Shown piece by piece: positions 62,828 through 64,000 of a stretch of DNA of 64,000 bases. Numbering within the stretch: the stretch's first letter is position 1; every line of letters starts with the position of its first letter. The stretch is from Candidatus Latescibacterota bacterium (GTDB lineage: Bacteria > Krumholzibacteriota > Krumholzibacteriia > WVZY01): positions 234,493 through 298,492 of the forward strand of contig CAWBQK010000009.1 in assembly GCA_963791045.1 (NCBI GenBank), read 5' to 3'. Under the pieces are notes generated by a model that worked only from the letters and a program-made list of their open reading frames with translations, was not told the origin of the DNA and ran no database searches. The translations under genes and the position numbers were made by a program.

Positions 62828-64000
62828 TCAATCCGCCCGGCGGCGGCCCACGAGGGACCGACCCGCTTTGCGCCCCGTCACCCACGCCCACAAAAAATTG
62901 TATCCACCGAGCCGGCCGGCAACATCGAGGATTTCACCACAGAAATAGAGCCCCGGCACGAAGCGGCTTTCAAGCGTCGCGGGTTTGATTTCATCGAGTG
63001 GGATTCCCCCCCCTGTGACTTCGGCTGTGGCGTATCCTTCGCTGCCCGTGACCGGGAGTTCATACCGTTCGAGATTGTCGACCAGCCATCGACGCGCCTC
63101 GCGTTTGAGTTCGCTCAAACGTATCGATGGCGCGACGTTCGCTCGCGCCGCGAGCATTGCCGCAAGCCGTTCCGGAAGATGGCGTCGAAGCGCGGATCCG
63201 ACTGTCGCCTTGCCGCCTTCGCGCAATACTCTCTCCCAGTCTTCAACACTGCTTCCTCCCCATTTGACCTTCAGGGCAACGTCACTGTCGCCCTCGGTCG
63301 CACACCGGCTGACATTCAGAACGACCGGGCCGCTGAATCCGCGATGTGTGAAAAGAAAGTCGCCCTCGCGCTCTTCCACACGACGGCCTTCCCGTTCGAC
63401 AACAATACTCACGCGCACCGAGAGACCGCTCAACGCCCGCCAGCGGTGATCGCCGGAGAGAAGCGGAACGAGCGCGGGATACGGGGACAACACACGATGA
63501 CCAAGGCCCTCTGCCATATTGAGCCCGGCGCCGTCGCTTCCGCTTTTTGGAAGCGCGAGCCCCCCGGTCGCAAGTACAAGTTGTTCGCATTCGAACCTCT
63601 CGCCTTCCGACACGGCGACTTCGAATCGCCCGTCATCACGACGACCGATGTCAGTGACACGTGATGACGTTCGCAGCTCGGCGCCGCTTTTCCTCAGAGC
63701 ATCGAGAAGCGCTTCTACAACATCTTTGGATCTGTCGCTTCGGGGAAACACCTTGCCGGATGATTCTACCTTGAGCGGAATACCAAGGTCCTTTTCGAAG
63801 AATGCGCGCACGTCATCGAGCGGCCATGAGAAGAGGATATTGCGCAGGGTGTTGACCGAGCCGGCGGTGTGAAAGTCACCGAGTTCGACCTTCGATGGCA
63901 GGAAGTTGCAGCGGCCGCCGCCGCTCACGCGTATCTTGGCTCCAGGACGCGGGCGCGTTTCCAGAACGACGACGGACGCGCCGGATCTTGCGGCGAAAAT
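62828..64000 (-). CDS. HI0933/YhiN-family flavoprotein (5' end outside window)
   Basis: SGGGRCN, GKVFP, LATGG, FTHRGFSGP, AEVTGGG, GEILDVAGRLGGYN. Confidence 0.9.
   Translation of the reverse strand: MFAARSGASVVVLETRPRPGAKIRVSGGGRCNFLPSKVELGDFHTAGSVNTLRNILFSWPLDDVRAFFEKDLGIPLKVESSGKVFPRSDRSKDVVEALLDALRKSGAELRTSSRVTDIGRRDDGRFEVAVSEGERFECEQLVLATGGLALPKSGSDGAGLNMAEGLGHRVLSPYPALVPLLSGDHRWRALSGLSVRVSIVVEREGRRVEEREGDFLFTHRGFSGPVVLNVSRCATEGDSDVALKVKWGGSSVEDWERVLREGGKATVGSALRRHLPERLAAMLAARANVAPSIRLSELKREARRWLVDNLERYELPVTGSEGYATAEVTGGGIPLDEIKPATLESRFVPGLYFCGEILDVAGRLGGYNFLWAWVTGRKAGRSLVGRRRAD

Overview
This GC-rich bacterial window is probably from an FCB-superphylum lineage such as Krumholzibacteriota or Latescibacterota. 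That is an inference from three secreted proteins ending in a FlgD-Ig/T9SS-like 'NxPNPFNP...TRKxxLLK' domain. It is gene-dense, with no rRNA, tRNA, CRISPR array or transposase seen. About ten genes are broken by 1-nt frameshifts that look like long-read assembly errors. Contents in order: cytochrome b/Rieske/multiheme-TPR cytochrome c operon; secreted repeat proteins; arnBCADT lipid A modification operon without arnEF; C69 dipeptidase with an Rpn/DUF4351-like tail; kinase-like membrane protein; typA; KamA-family radical SAM; an ECF sigma/anti-sigma/beta-barrel cluster with two glycogen-binding (CBM48-like) domains; cysK-cysE; EamA; purF lacking the N-terminal Cys; Ser/Thr kinase; queD; a second ECF pair; asparaginase; antiporter; S9 peptidase; an isochorismatase/TrxB-like/RlmN-like operon; a HEAT + HD-GYP pair; an N-formylglutamate amidohydrolase/QEGLA peptidase/GshB-like operon. 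The strongest unannotated signal is a complete cysteine-sensing attenuator upstream of cysK-cysE. It has a near-consensus sigma70 promoter, a 27-aa leader peptide with CCCCCAC, an antiterminator helix and an intrinsic terminator. Second is a pair of near-identical ECF promoters defining the small regulon of the CBM48-containing ECF system.
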